Positions 23,294 through 32,190 of a stretch of DNA of 45,030 nt are shown here, one piece after another. The stretch spans positions 1-45,030 of IMG/VR virus record IMGVR_UViG_3300011442_000006, one strand, 5' to 3'. The translations under genes and the position numbers were made by a program. Within the stretch, counting starts at the first letter, position 1, and each line of letters opens with the position of its first letter. The DNA comes from a virus. Under the pieces are notes generated by a model. It saw only the letters and a program-made list of their open reading frames with translations. It was not told where the DNA came from and ran no database searches.

Positions 23294-24268
23294 TTGACCG
23301 CTGCTGATTTCCTGTACGGCTGCTTCCGGAAGTGCGGGCAGATGCGCCCCGGCTACACCAACAGCCCAGAACTGCTCGCCGATGGGTTGAGAGAGTGGCT
23401 CGCCTGGTTTGACGCCTTGAACGCCCGGCGCACCAACCAGTTCACAACCCCCGACTACGTTTATCCGATCGGAAGTAACACCGGATTAAACGGGATCTAT
23501 GGGCCGAATGTTCAATTTACGCTGGGCCCGGTTTTTACGGTATCGGCGACTCTGACGATAGGATCCGCTGTAGCGGTGATTCCGAACACGGCCGGGCTCA
23601 TCATCGGCCAGTACATCACCGGAACCGGGATTCCCGCGAACACCTACATTACGGCGATCGCGGTTAATACGAGCGTGACTTTGAGCGTAGTGGCGACGGC
23701 GGCCGGGGCGCAGACGCTGACAATCACTCCGACTTTCACCGGCCCGCGGCCGGAGAAAATTCTGCGAATGAATCTATGGCTCACTGCGACGCCAACGAGC
23801 CCGACGCGTATCCCGATGGCGATCATTGATGTTGAAGAGTGGAACCGGATCAACGTGGTTCAGTTCACGGCTACCGATGTAGCGACGACGTGTTACCCCG
23901 ATTATCAGTTTCCACAGATGGTCTTGAATATCTGGCCCCCGCTCAACGGGAACTCGCTCGAGATCTTCACATGGGGCTTTCTGAACGCTCCAGCGACTTT
24001 GACGGCAAGCTATTCGGCGCCGCCTGGGTATCAGGATGCAATCGAGTGGACGCTGGCCACGCGGCTGTGGGGCTTGTGTACGAATCAGGTCGCCGTCAAT
24101 CGGGTCGATCTGAGATGGCTTGAGGGCAAGGCGGCAAAGGCCCGGCAGGCGGTACGGGACGTTAACCGTTCCATGCCGAAACTGCGAAACGACTTCGGGG
24201 GCGGCCGGGCGACGTCGCACACTGCCGTATGTGATTGGGGTTTGCTTTTGGTCGGCTCGCCGTATTAA
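23294..24268 (+). CDS. second gp4-like adaptor paralog (324 aa)
   Basis: TTG start 2 nt after the upstream stop. Same architecture and same insert type (GLIIGQYITGTGIPANTYITAIA). Confidence 0.5.
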   Translation: MTAADFLYGCFRKCGQMRPGYTNSPELLADGLREWLAWFDALNARRTNQFTTPDYVYPIGSNTGLNGIYGPNVQFTLGPVFTVSATLTIGSAVAVIPNTAGLIIGQYITGTGIPANTYITAIAVNTSVTLSVVATAAGAQTLTITPTFTGPRPEKILRMNLWLTATPTSPTRIPMAIIDVEEWNRINVVQFTATDVATTCYPDYQFPQMVLNIWPPLNGNSLEIFTWGFLNAPATLTASYSAPPGYQDAIEWTLATRLWGLCTNQVAVNRVDLRWLEGKAAKARQAVRDVNRSMPKLRNDFGGGRATSHTAVCDWGLLLVGSPY

Positions 24269-24294
24269 CTTGACGGCCATACTACAATGACTGA

Positions 24295-24903
24295 GTGTCC
24301 AATCAATACTTTAAGCACAAGACCAAAGACCAGCGATTCGCGGACTTGTTTGTTGTCTCCGATGCGCTCTTTCATCTCGGTTTTCCGTGCTGGCTTTGGA
24401 TTGGGGCTGTCAAGAAAAAGGGATATGGAAGCTTTGGTTGGGACAAGCGAGCCGAAACAGTGGAAGCACACCGGGCGGCGTGGCTTCTTATGCGTGGCCC
24501 GATTACGAAAGGTTTGGAGCTCGACCATCTTTGCCGTCGTCGTCATTGCGTCAACCCTAACCACCTGGAACCGGTCAGCGGCAAAGAAAACAAGCGACGG
24601 GGTGTGGGACCCGAGTTGGCCCGGCAGCGCCAATTGGGGAAAACCCATTGCCCTGCTGGGCATGAGTACACGCCTGAAAATATCTATTCCCCTCCCGGTA
24701 AAAACATTCGGCAATGTCGGACATGTAAGCGGGCGGCTGAAAAGGCGAAGTGTGTCGGTCGAACTATCAAGACCCACTGTGCGAACGGGCACGAATTTAC
24801 CGCTGGAACGACTTATATCGATAAGCACGGCTGGAGGTCTTGTTTAACATGCAGACGCGAATCTATGGCTCGGTTGTTAAAGCGGCGCAAGTCCTCACCC
24901 TAA
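24295..24903 (+). CDS. HNH endonuclease with repeated zinc-finger tail (202 aa)
   Basis: CWLWIGAVKKKGYGSF...AHRAAW...LDHLCRRRHCVNPNHLEPVSGKENKRR, then two CxxGHE(Y/F)T...CxxC units. GTG start lies ~7 nt after TACAAT. Confidence 0.8.
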   Translation: MSNQYFKHKTKDQRFADLFVVSDALFHLGFPCWLWIGAVKKKGYGSFGWDKRAETVEAHRAAWLLMRGPITKGLELDHLCRRRHCVNPNHLEPVSGKENKRRGVGPELARQRQLGKTHCPAGHEYTPENIYSPPGKNIRQCRTCKRAAEKAKCVGRTIKTHCANGHEFTAGTTYIDKHGWRSCLTCRRESMARLLKRRKSSP

Positions 24904-27458
24904 TGGTCTTCGCCGGGCGTGTGATGGCACAACCGACTCTGCCGAATGCCGTCCCTATGCCAGGGCCGGAAATCCAGTATCTGAACCAGGACGGCTCGCC
25001 AATGGTGGGTGGCAAGCTGTGTACTTATGCGGCGAACACCTCGACACCGCTTGCCACATATACGAGCTCGACAGCCGGCACGCCCAACACGAACCCTATC
25101 ATTCTGGACGCAGCCGGCCGGGCGAGCGTTTGGGTTGGACCATCGCTGTACAAATTCGTGCTCCGGACGGGCGGAACGGCGAATAGTTGCAACGACGGAA
25201 CCATCGTTTGGACTCAAGACAACGTCGCCGACACCACTCTCTATTTTGTCAACTATGTAAAGACGATCGGCACGTCGACACTGATCACCTACACCAACCC
25301 GCGGACGGGGGGCGTTACCAGAACTGTGTCCTCGAGGCTCGCCGATGCGGTCGACGCCGCAGACTTCGGAATGGTCTGCGATGGAGCGACGGACGGCCGG
25401 GCGGCTCTCGCCCTGGCGTTGGGCTCGGGGGGCCGGGCCGTACGGCTTCCGGAGGGAACCTGTGTACTCGGGCAGGCCGATGTAGGCGTCACAACGTTCA
25501 AGGCTGGCGTCCAGATCCCTTCGAATTCGACGCTAATCTTTAGCCCCGGCACGATCCTGCAAGCCAAGACCGCTTACCAAGCGAATTCGTTTCTGATCTC
25601 GATGTATGGCGTTGACAACGTCACAATCTACGGGCAGGGCGGTATTGCCGAGATGCTTAAATCCGAGTACATGTCGGGTGAGCAGCGCCATACCGTGTTC
25701 ATTGGGCAGTCAACAAATATCGCGATTTACGATCTGACGGCTCGAGACTCGGGAGGTGATAATTTCCTGATTCAAGGCGCAATCGGGGGCGGGGGTACGA
25801 AGTCGGAGAACGTACTCTTAGTAAACTGTGTTGCGGACAACGCCCGACGTAATGGGCTATCGATCACCCACGCCAAGGGCGTGCGGGTGCTCGGCGGGGT
25901 CTATAAGAACAGCATCGGTACGTCGCCTGAGGTGGGAATCGATATCGAGCCCAACGCGAACGAGGACGTAATAGGCGCCGAACTACTGAATGTGACCACG
26001 TCGGGAAACAACGCGTCGGGGCTCTTACTTGCTCCCGTGTATGCTGCCGTAAGTCAAGGACGCGTCTATAGCGTTTCGGTACGTAATTTCGTATCCACTG
26101 GGGACGGGGCTTCGGACTCGCTTACTTCGAATGGGATCACATTTGCCAACGGAAACCAAGTAGCCGTTTATGATGTCGCCGGCATGGTCGTGATTGACGG
26201 AGCTACTATTGACCAGCCATGGGCAACGGGGATCGGTATCATTCGTTGGGATTCGCACATGCCCCCCGTGTTCATTAAAAACGTGACGGTCAAGGACCCC
26301 AACCGAACAGGCGCGGGACTGTATCAGCCGGGTAACGTGGGCTGGTCTTCTCCAGAGCGAGTACTAGGGGCGAACTCCGGATTTGTGGTCTCGACCACCA
26401 CGGGTGAGCCGGCGTCTGCGTTGACGGGCTATATCCAGTTCGACAATTGCACCGCGATTGATACGCGAGCCTCCCCGACCATGAACCTTGGATTTTATCT
26501 ACACGGGATCACGCAGGGCATTAACGCGTTGGTTCGGAATCCTCAGGCCTTAAACTACACCCTCTCGGCGACTAACAGCCCGGTCAACTGGAATACCGGG
26601 GCCGGAGATGTGATCTATGATGTGAAACCTATTATCACGCCTTCCGGGTCGTTCTCGCCAGAGCCTTTCATCGGTTACGAGATCCAGGCGCAGGCCGGCG
26701 CCAATCTGACACTTGGAACCGAGGGGAACGTGGTCGGCGCTCACTACTACTTTAGAGCCATTGGTGGAGGCTTTACGGTCGATCCAAACATAGCGGACAC
26801 AATCGATATTTTCCCGCTGGTTGCGGGAGAAGCCATCACTGTAGCGTCAACTGGGCGCGGTATCCGTGCTATTGCGCTTCGTTCAGGCGGTAACAATACA
26901 TGGCTTGTCGATAATTGGGTCTCGTATTACCCGGCCAATGGGCCATTGTATTTGGTCGGCGGGACCGTGGGAGGAGATCCAGCGGGACCGAACGACGCAA
27001 ATAGTCTAGCGTGCTCTTCTCAAAACGATGCTCCGGCCCCTATTCGCTGTTCGTTTGGAGCCGGCGCCGGGAGCCGATGGGATTTCGGGTATCATACCAA
27101 CGTCACCGATCCGACCACCTGGGTTAAAACCTCGAGCATTTACGATAATGGCCGCTACGACATGACGGCTCTCCAGGTCGGCGGCGGAATGTTGATCGTT
27201 AAGATTGCGACCGGAGGGGTTAATTTTGACCCTGGGAACTTGGCGGATGGCGCAGTCGATTCGGTCAATGTGACAGTTACCGGGGCAACTGTGACGTCGG
27301 CATGCTCGGGGAGTTTTGACAGCATCGGGGCCCGTAACTATCTGGTCAGTTCGAACGTGACGACTACCAACACAGTCAGATTTGTAATCATGAATAAGAC
27401 GGGCGGCGCCTCCGATCTTGCGTCCGGTAGCGTTTGGGTGAGCTGTCTGATTCAATGA
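24903..27458 (+). CDS. tailspike / depolymerase with pectate-lyase-type beta-helix (851 aa)
   Basis: Fibre-type N-terminus (YLNQDGSPMVGGKLCTYAANTSTPLATY...NPIILDAAGRASVW), then DFGMVCDGATDGRAALALAL...VRLPEGTC and beta-helix repeats. ATG 24903 overlaps the upstream TAA. Confidence 0.75.
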   Translation: MVFAGRVMAQPTLPNAVPMPGPEIQYLNQDGSPMVGGKLCTYAANTSTPLATYTSSTAGTPNTNPIILDAAGRASVWVGPSLYKFVLRTGGTANSCNDGTIVWTQDNVADTTLYFVNYVKTIGTSTLITYTNPRTGGVTRTVSSRLADAVDAADFGMVCDGATDGRAALALALGSGGRAVRLPEGTCVLGQADVGVTTFKAGVQIPSNSTLIFSPGTILQAKTAYQANSFLISMYGVDNVTIYGQGGIAEMLKSEYMSGEQRHTVFIGQSTNIAIYDLTARDSGGDNFLIQGAIGGGGTKSENVLLVNCVADNARRNGLSITHAKGVRVLGGVYKNSIGTSPEVGIDIEPNANEDVIGAELLNVTTSGNNASGLLLAPVYAAVSQGRVYSVSVRNFVSTGDGASDSLTSNGITFANGNQVAVYDVAGMVVIDGATIDQPWATGIGIIRWDSHMPPVFIKNVTVKDPNRTGAGLYQPGNVGWSSPERVLGANSGFVVSTTTGEPASALTGYIQFDNCTAIDTRASPTMNLGFYLHGITQGINALVRNPQALNYTLSATNSPVNWNTGAGDVIYDVKPIITPSGSFSPEPFIGYEIQAQAGANLTLGTEGNVVGAHYYFRAIGGGFTVDPNIADTIDIFPLVAGEAITVASTGRGIRAIALRSGGNNTWLVDNWVSYYPANGPLYLVGGTVGGDPAGPNDANSLACSSQNDAPAPIRCSFGAGAGSRWDFGYHTNVTDPTTWVKTSSIYDNGRYDMTALQVGGGMLIVKIATGGVNFDPGNLADGAVDSVNVTVTGATVTSACSGSFDSIGARNYLVSSNVTTTNTVRFVIMNKTGGASDLASGSVWVSCLIQ

Positions 27459-29077
27459 GCATCCCATTCGAGGGCTTCTGCGGGCCCAGCTACCAGCTCG
27501 AGGATAAGTACGCGGCGGTCGAACGGCTGGCCAACTGGCGGCTAGTCGCCAACGAATCACCAACAGAAAAGAAGTGGCGTCTTGCTCTGGGCCGCACGCC
27601 GGGAAATAAGCAGTTCTGTGAACTTCCTGTACCGGCTCCCTATAACGTTGCAAATCGTGGACTAATCGAAAACCGCGGCAAGGTCTTTGGCGTCAATGGC
27701 GCGATCGTCTTCGAAATGGATAGCGCCGGCGCCTTTGTTAACAATATCGGCACGGTAGTTGATGACGGGAAGCCGGTCGGCATGGTAGCGAACGGGAACG
27801 GTCAGATCTTCATTTGCTCGGCTAATCGCGGTTACGTGATCCCGAATCAAGCGATTCTCGGCGGGGCTCTGATCACGATCCCTTATCCGCATATTCCGAC
27901 CGCGTTTCTTGGCGCGACGTACACAACGTTCCAGGACGGCTACATCATCAACATTGTCCCGAACTCGAACCAGTTCCAGATAAGCGGCGATCCTGCGACG
28001 CCTGTCGGCGACGCGACGATATGGAACGCTCAAAACGTGGCGGTTCTCGCGGGCCAGTCCGACAAGTTACGGGCGTGCATCTCGCGACGTGAATACTTGC
28101 GAATCCTGGGGCAGCGCCGGTCAGAGATCTTTCAGAATGTCGGCACGGCCGGGATCGGAGCTTTCCCGTTCCAGAACTTTAACTCTACGTTTATCGAAAC
28201 CGGCATATCTGCGCCATTCTCGCTCGCCGACGTCGGCGACGGGTATATGTGGATGGGCGAAGACGCTCGAGGTATCCGGGCTTGTTGGCTCGATCGATCT
28301 TTCAACCCGCAGCGGGTCTCTAACTTTGCTGTCGAGCACTTCTGGCAATCTTATGACCACATTGACGACGCCGTAGCGTTCACCTATATCTGGAAGGGGC
28401 ACCTGATCTACCGGATTACGTTTCCGCGGGCCTATGAATCGGCGGTTCGCTTTCCGCTCGGGGCGACAAGCGGGGCCTTGACGAGCGCAACGTGGGAATA
28501 CGATGCGACTTTGTCGGAACTGATGGGCCGGCCGATCTGGTCTGAGCTCCAATTCCTCACCGGGAACGGGTTCTTTCAGGGCCGGCCGGAACTGTTTCAC
28601 TGTTACGCGTTCGGTAAACACTTGATCGGCTCTGGCGGCGTCGACGGAAACCCGGGCGCTATCTACCAAATGAGCGATACCGCGTACACCGATTGCGGGA
28701 CGGATGCGGCCGGGGCCCAGTCCCAGCAAGCCATCGTGCGGGACCGGATTTGTCCTCATCTCTACGCGGATAATGTGCGCATCCGGTACGATCGAATATC
28801 GTTCGATGTAATGCGGGGCGTGGGGCTTGACGGGTTCGCCGAGGATTCGATGGAGCCGGGGGCCGATCCTCAGTTACTGTTGCGGTGGTCAAACGACGCT
28901 GGCAACACGTTCGGGAACGAATTTAACCTGCCGGTGGGCAAGATCGGCCGATTTGGGACACTGGTCAGATTAAATCGGCTGGGACAGGGCCGCGATCGAG
29001 TGTACTGGGTTCGTTATACCGAGCCTACCGATATGGGGTTTGTCGGCGCCTCTCTCGACATCCGGCCCGGCACGTAG
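27455..29077 (+). CDS. P22 gp10-like tail hub / DNA stabilisation protein (540 aa)
   Basis: GPSYQLEDKYAAVERLANW...LGRTPG...RGL...VFGVNG...FQDGYII...QFQISG...WNA...SEIFQNVG...FPFQ follows the beta-propeller pattern of that family. ATGA overlap. Confidence 0.6.
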   Translation: MSIPFEGFCGPSYQLEDKYAAVERLANWRLVANESPTEKKWRLALGRTPGNKQFCELPVPAPYNVANRGLIENRGKVFGVNGAIVFEMDSAGAFVNNIGTVVDDGKPVGMVANGNGQIFICSANRGYVIPNQAILGGALITIPYPHIPTAFLGATYTTFQDGYIINIVPNSNQFQISGDPATPVGDATIWNAQNVAVLAGQSDKLRACISRREYLRILGQRRSEIFQNVGTAGIGAFPFQNFNSTFIETGISAPFSLADVGDGYMWMGEDARGIRACWLDRSFNPQRVSNFAVEHFWQSYDHIDDAVAFTYIWKGHLIYRITFPRAYESAVRFPLGATSGALTSATWEYDATLSELMGRPIWSELQFLTGNGFFQGRPELFHCYAFGKHLIGSGGVDGNPGAIYQMSDTAYTDCGTDAAGAQSQQAIVRDRICPHLYADNVRIRYDRISFDVMRGVGLDGFAEDSMEPGADPQLLLRWSNDAGNTFGNEFNLPVGKIGRFGTLVRLNRLGQGRDRVYWVRYTEPTDMGFVGASLDIRPGT

Positions 29078-29107
29078 CTGCTCACCTCGCCGCTCGGCAT
29101 TTTGCCG

Positions 29108-29116
29108 TGGTATCGT
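29108..29116 (+). promoter_or_regulatory. Extended -10 box TGGTATCGT, 7 nt upstream of ATG 29124
   Basis: TGGTATCGT then atgtccc then ATG, with no SD. Confidence 0.4.
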
Positions 29117-29123
29117 ATGTCCC

Positions 29124-29492
29124 ATGCAGGTTGTTCGTGGTCCTTTGATGGGCTGCCCTATCGATATTCCGCATGCGTGGCGAAACTGTCGATTTTGTTG
29201 CAATTCCAATACTCGCCGGGTACGAAAGTACGGCCCTCGCAAGCCTCAGACTTTTGAACAACGGACCCGCCAGCTATTGAGGACGGCGGTTCGGTTGGGT
29301 CACATCGAGCGGTTACCGTGCCAACATCCAGGGTGCGAACATCCCTTGACTCAAGGGCATCATGAAGACTACCGATTCCCTTTCGTTGTAACGTGGCTGT
29401 GTCAGAAACACCACAGTGAAGTAACAAGACAGCGGCGTTTTACCGCATTGTTGGCCAGCCTTCCCCCCGTCGAGGACCGGATGTTGCAGTAA
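29124..29492 (+). CDS. small HNH endonuclease (122 aa)
   Basis: CQHPGCEHPLTQGHHEDYRFPFVVTWLCQKHHSEV is the C..GC....HH.DY..P..V.WLC..HH signature. Confidence 0.7.
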   Translation: MQVVRGPLMGCPIDIPHAWRNCRFCCNSNTRRVRKYGPRKPQTFEQRTRQLLRTAVRLGHIERLPCQHPGCEHPLTQGHHEDYRFPFVVTWLCQKHHSEVTRQRRFTALLASLPPVEDRMLQ

Positions 29493-29495
29493 GAG

Positions 29496-29516
29496 CGTGA
29501 AACATAATGTTTCACG
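29496..29516. promoter_or_regulatory. Perfect 9-3-9 palindrome CGTGAAACAtaaTGTTTCACG
   Basis: Read directly. It lies 4 nt after the HNH stop and ~30 nt upstream of a TGGTATCAAT box preceding the fibre gene. Confidence 0.4.
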
Positions 29517-29592
29517 GAGGCACTTTTGAAGGATCTCCGGGAATGGTATCAATGAGATCCGTGTTAGCGTAGAGGTCTCAAGGACTTAGTTC

Positions 29593-31263
29593 ATGCCCGT
29601 TCCTCCCAGCCCCGGAAACCCCCGAAAGCTTCAAAACCCCCCGAAATTCGGCGGGGATGCTGGCGCCGTCTCCTGGCCCCGCAATATTGGCGAGGCGGTA
29701 CAGTTTACGCGGTGGCTGGTGAGCCTCTGGCGGGTCGCCAGCGAATCGATCGACACGCCCGAGTCGTTGGCGTTCGCCCGGCAACCGGGACGGCAGGGAA
29801 GCGATCAGGAGACCCTTGGCGGGGCCCAGGCTCTCGCCCCGGTCTCGACACGCCTGCCACCGGACATTGCCGCTACGTTAGGCCTGGGAACCTCACCGCG
29901 GGCCGTTCCTTTGACGGAACTCGACCAGGCGGCGGTATTTCAGCGGGTTTCCGGCAAACCGCTTCCAGACGAGCTCACAACCCTGATCGCAGCCGGGCGG
30001 GTTCCGTACCCTTACCCGCTCCGTGGCGGGGCGATCATGGTCGGCACGCACGCCGAGCGACTCCTCCTGCCGGCAGCGTCCTACCCGTTCTTTGGATTCT
30101 GGGAAACCGATCGAACCGTTTTCTATATCAGCAATGGAACCGATTGGCGGTACGTGGCGGGCGTTATGCGAGCTGTAGTCGCGTCGCTCCCAGGCGACCT
30201 CGGCGCCGGCGACGTAGGCTTTGAGTTCTATTCGACGGATCTGGGGCGAGGAGTCTACTGGAGCGGTGCCGCCTGGATTGAAGCTCCGCTCTCGATTCGA
30301 ATCGGTCTCGACGCGGCAAGGACCAACGTGGCGGCCAACGAGGCCATGCTCACGGGCGGCTCGGCTCGATCGCTTGCCGTCTGTTTTGGCGACGACACGA
30401 CCAATTTCGCGGCGGTCTTTGGAACTCCCGTAGCTGGCGTATTTACGAACCGGCTGGCCATCCTCGCCGCGGGTGGACTACTCGGCTATACCGGAGCGGG
30501 CCCAACGATCACGTGGCAGATTGGGGCCAATGGGGCGTTTTTTCCAAACAACACCGCGGCGGGGATCTATGCCGGGGCCGGCTCACCTGAAGGCGTCATT
30601 GTGGCGGCCAAGGGCAGCCTTTACATGCAGACCAACGCGAGCGATGGAACGGTCGCGATCTGGGACAAAGAAACCGGGTCCGGAAACACCGGATGGGAAC
30701 TTATGTTCTCGGGCTCTTCGGTGCTCGATGCCGATCACGGGGGGACCGGCATTGCTGGCGGGTACTCGGTCGGTGACATTCTCGCGGCGTCGGCGGCCAG
30801 CGTGCTCGATGCGGTTCCGGTTGGCGCCGATGGCGAGGTTCTGACGGCCGACTCGGGCGCAGCACCCGGCGTATCGTGGCAGGCGGCGAGCGGTGGCAGT
30901 AGTTACAAATTCTCGCGGGCAAACACTAACGTAACGCTCACAACGTCGTTGCAGGATACCGGAGCGACGGTCACCCTCGACCGTGTCGGCGACTGGCTGG
31001 TTACAGGCGTGTTCGCGATAAATATGGCCACCAACGGGACCGAGGGCCAGGGACACTTAGACGTTGGTGGAGCCGACCAAACCGATTATGCAAAGTTGGG
31101 CGACTTCAATGGAGCGGGCGTCGCCGGCACCGTGGTCCAACAGTGGATCGTATCAAGCGGCGGCTCGGATGTCCTAAAGCTCCGGGTCAAGGAAAGCGTT
31201 AACGTCGGCGTCAATACCTGCTCAGCCGCAAACACGACCCTGATTGCCCATTTTATTAGTTAG
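29593..31263 (+). CDS. tail fibre protein (556 aa)
   Basis: FWETDRTVFYISNGTDWRYVAG and DADHGGTGIAGGYSVGDILAA...VPVGADGEVLTADSGAAPGVSW are motifs recurrent in phage fibres. Confidence 0.6.
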   Translation: MPVPPSPGNPRKLQNPPKFGGDAGAVSWPRNIGEAVQFTRWLVSLWRVASESIDTPESLAFARQPGRQGSDQETLGGAQALAPVSTRLPPDIAATLGLGTSPRAVPLTELDQAAVFQRVSGKPLPDELTTLIAAGRVPYPYPLRGGAIMVGTHAERLLLPAASYPFFGFWETDRTVFYISNGTDWRYVAGVMRAVVASLPGDLGAGDVGFEFYSTDLGRGVYWSGAAWIEAPLSIRIGLDAARTNVAANEAMLTGGSARSLAVCFGDDTTNFAAVFGTPVAGVFTNRLAILAAGGLLGYTGAGPTITWQIGANGAFFPNNTAAGIYAGAGSPEGVIVAAKGSLYMQTNASDGTVAIWDKETGSGNTGWELMFSGSSVLDADHGGTGIAGGYSVGDILAASAASVLDAVPVGADGEVLTADSGAAPGVSWQAASGGSSYKFSRANTNVTLTTSLQDTGATVTLDRVGDWLVTGVFAINMATNGTEGQGHLDVGGADQTDYAKLGDFNGAGVAGTVVQQWIVSSGGSDVLKLRVKESVNVGVNTCSAANTTLIAHFIS

Positions 31264-31305
31264 TAGTCCTATACGATATAATCACGCAAAAGGAAACGAC
31301 AGCCG

Positions 31306-31689
31306 ATGCCCGTCTATTCGCTCTATCCGATCTATCGCCCGCAATTCGTCGCGAACGCAGCGGCCAAGCTCGTCTTAGCGACCGGCGCGGCCGGGAACGT
31401 CGTTCCTGCCGGCTACAACTACAAGATCGACGTATTCCATGTCATCAACGTGACAGCGGCGCCGGTGACTCTCAAGATCTGGCGGGTTCCTTCCGGGGGG
31501 GCGTCCGGTAACGGTAATATCGTAGTTCCGGTTACCGTATTGGTTCCGGTGGCGTCTCAGACCTTCCCGCAGTTCGATGTAACGAGCCTATGGGGCGCGG
31601 TGTTGACTGAGGGCGAATGGATCGAGGCGTTGGCGGGCTCGGCGAGCGCGTTGGTCGCAGAAGCAGACGGCGTGATCGTCCAGATTTAG
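31306..31689 (+). CDS. hypothetical virion protein (127 aa)
   Basis: ORF track. RBS AAAGGAAA, beta-rich. Confidence 0.55.
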   Translation: MPVYSLYPIYRPQFVANAAAKLVLATGAAGNVVPAGYNYKIDVFHVINVTAAPVTLKIWRVPSGGASGNGNIVVPVTVLVPVASQTFPQFDVTSLWGAVLTEGEWIEALAGSASALVAEADGVIVQI

Positions 31690-31691
31690 CA

Positions 31692-32186
31692 ATGATTGAT
31701 AAGTTCACGGTCCAAGAAAAGTTTCCAGATGTTGACGAAATGGCCAGGCTCTGGGGATGGATACAGGAATGTCCAGAAGCGAACATAGACGACGCCGGCC
31801 CCAAGAGCATCGACGACTTTTACGTCGTCATGAAGGCAAAGGCGCAACGCGGTGTAGTTCTGTTCGTCGTTTCGACCGACCTGTTTGGCCCGATCGGGTG
31901 TTTCGGTCTCGAGGCATTCGGTAACGGCCTGGTCAAGTTCGCCGGGCTCTGTTTTGCCCCTTACGTGCGGGGCACCGGTCTCGCTCAGCGATCGGTTACC
32001 GGTGTTCTCGAAAGACTATCGCCGAGGAAGGTAGTAGTCGAGTTTTTCGAGACGAATAAGCGGGCGGTCAGCTTCTTCGAAGATCTTGGCTTCACGTTTG
32101 AGGGCCGGTTTACTGATGAGACGATCATCAAGGGCGAGCCGGTAGCGGTAGTGCGGTGGGTCAAGTTTCCGAAGAGGGAGGAGTAA
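31692..32186 (+). CDS. GNAT-family N-acetyltransferase (164 aa)
   Basis: Motif A-like FAPYVRGTGLAQRSVTGVLERL and NKRAVSFFEDLGFTFEG. ATG lies 2 nt after the upstream TAG. Confidence 0.7.
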   Translation: MIDKFTVQEKFPDVDEMARLWGWIQECPEANIDDAGPKSIDDFYVVMKAKAQRGVVLFVVSTDLFGPIGCFGLEAFGNGLVKFAGLCFAPYVRGTGLAQRSVTGVLERLSPRKVVVEFFETNKRAVSFFEDLGFTFEGRFTDETIIKGEPVAVVRWVKFPKREE

Positions 32187-32190
32187 ACGT

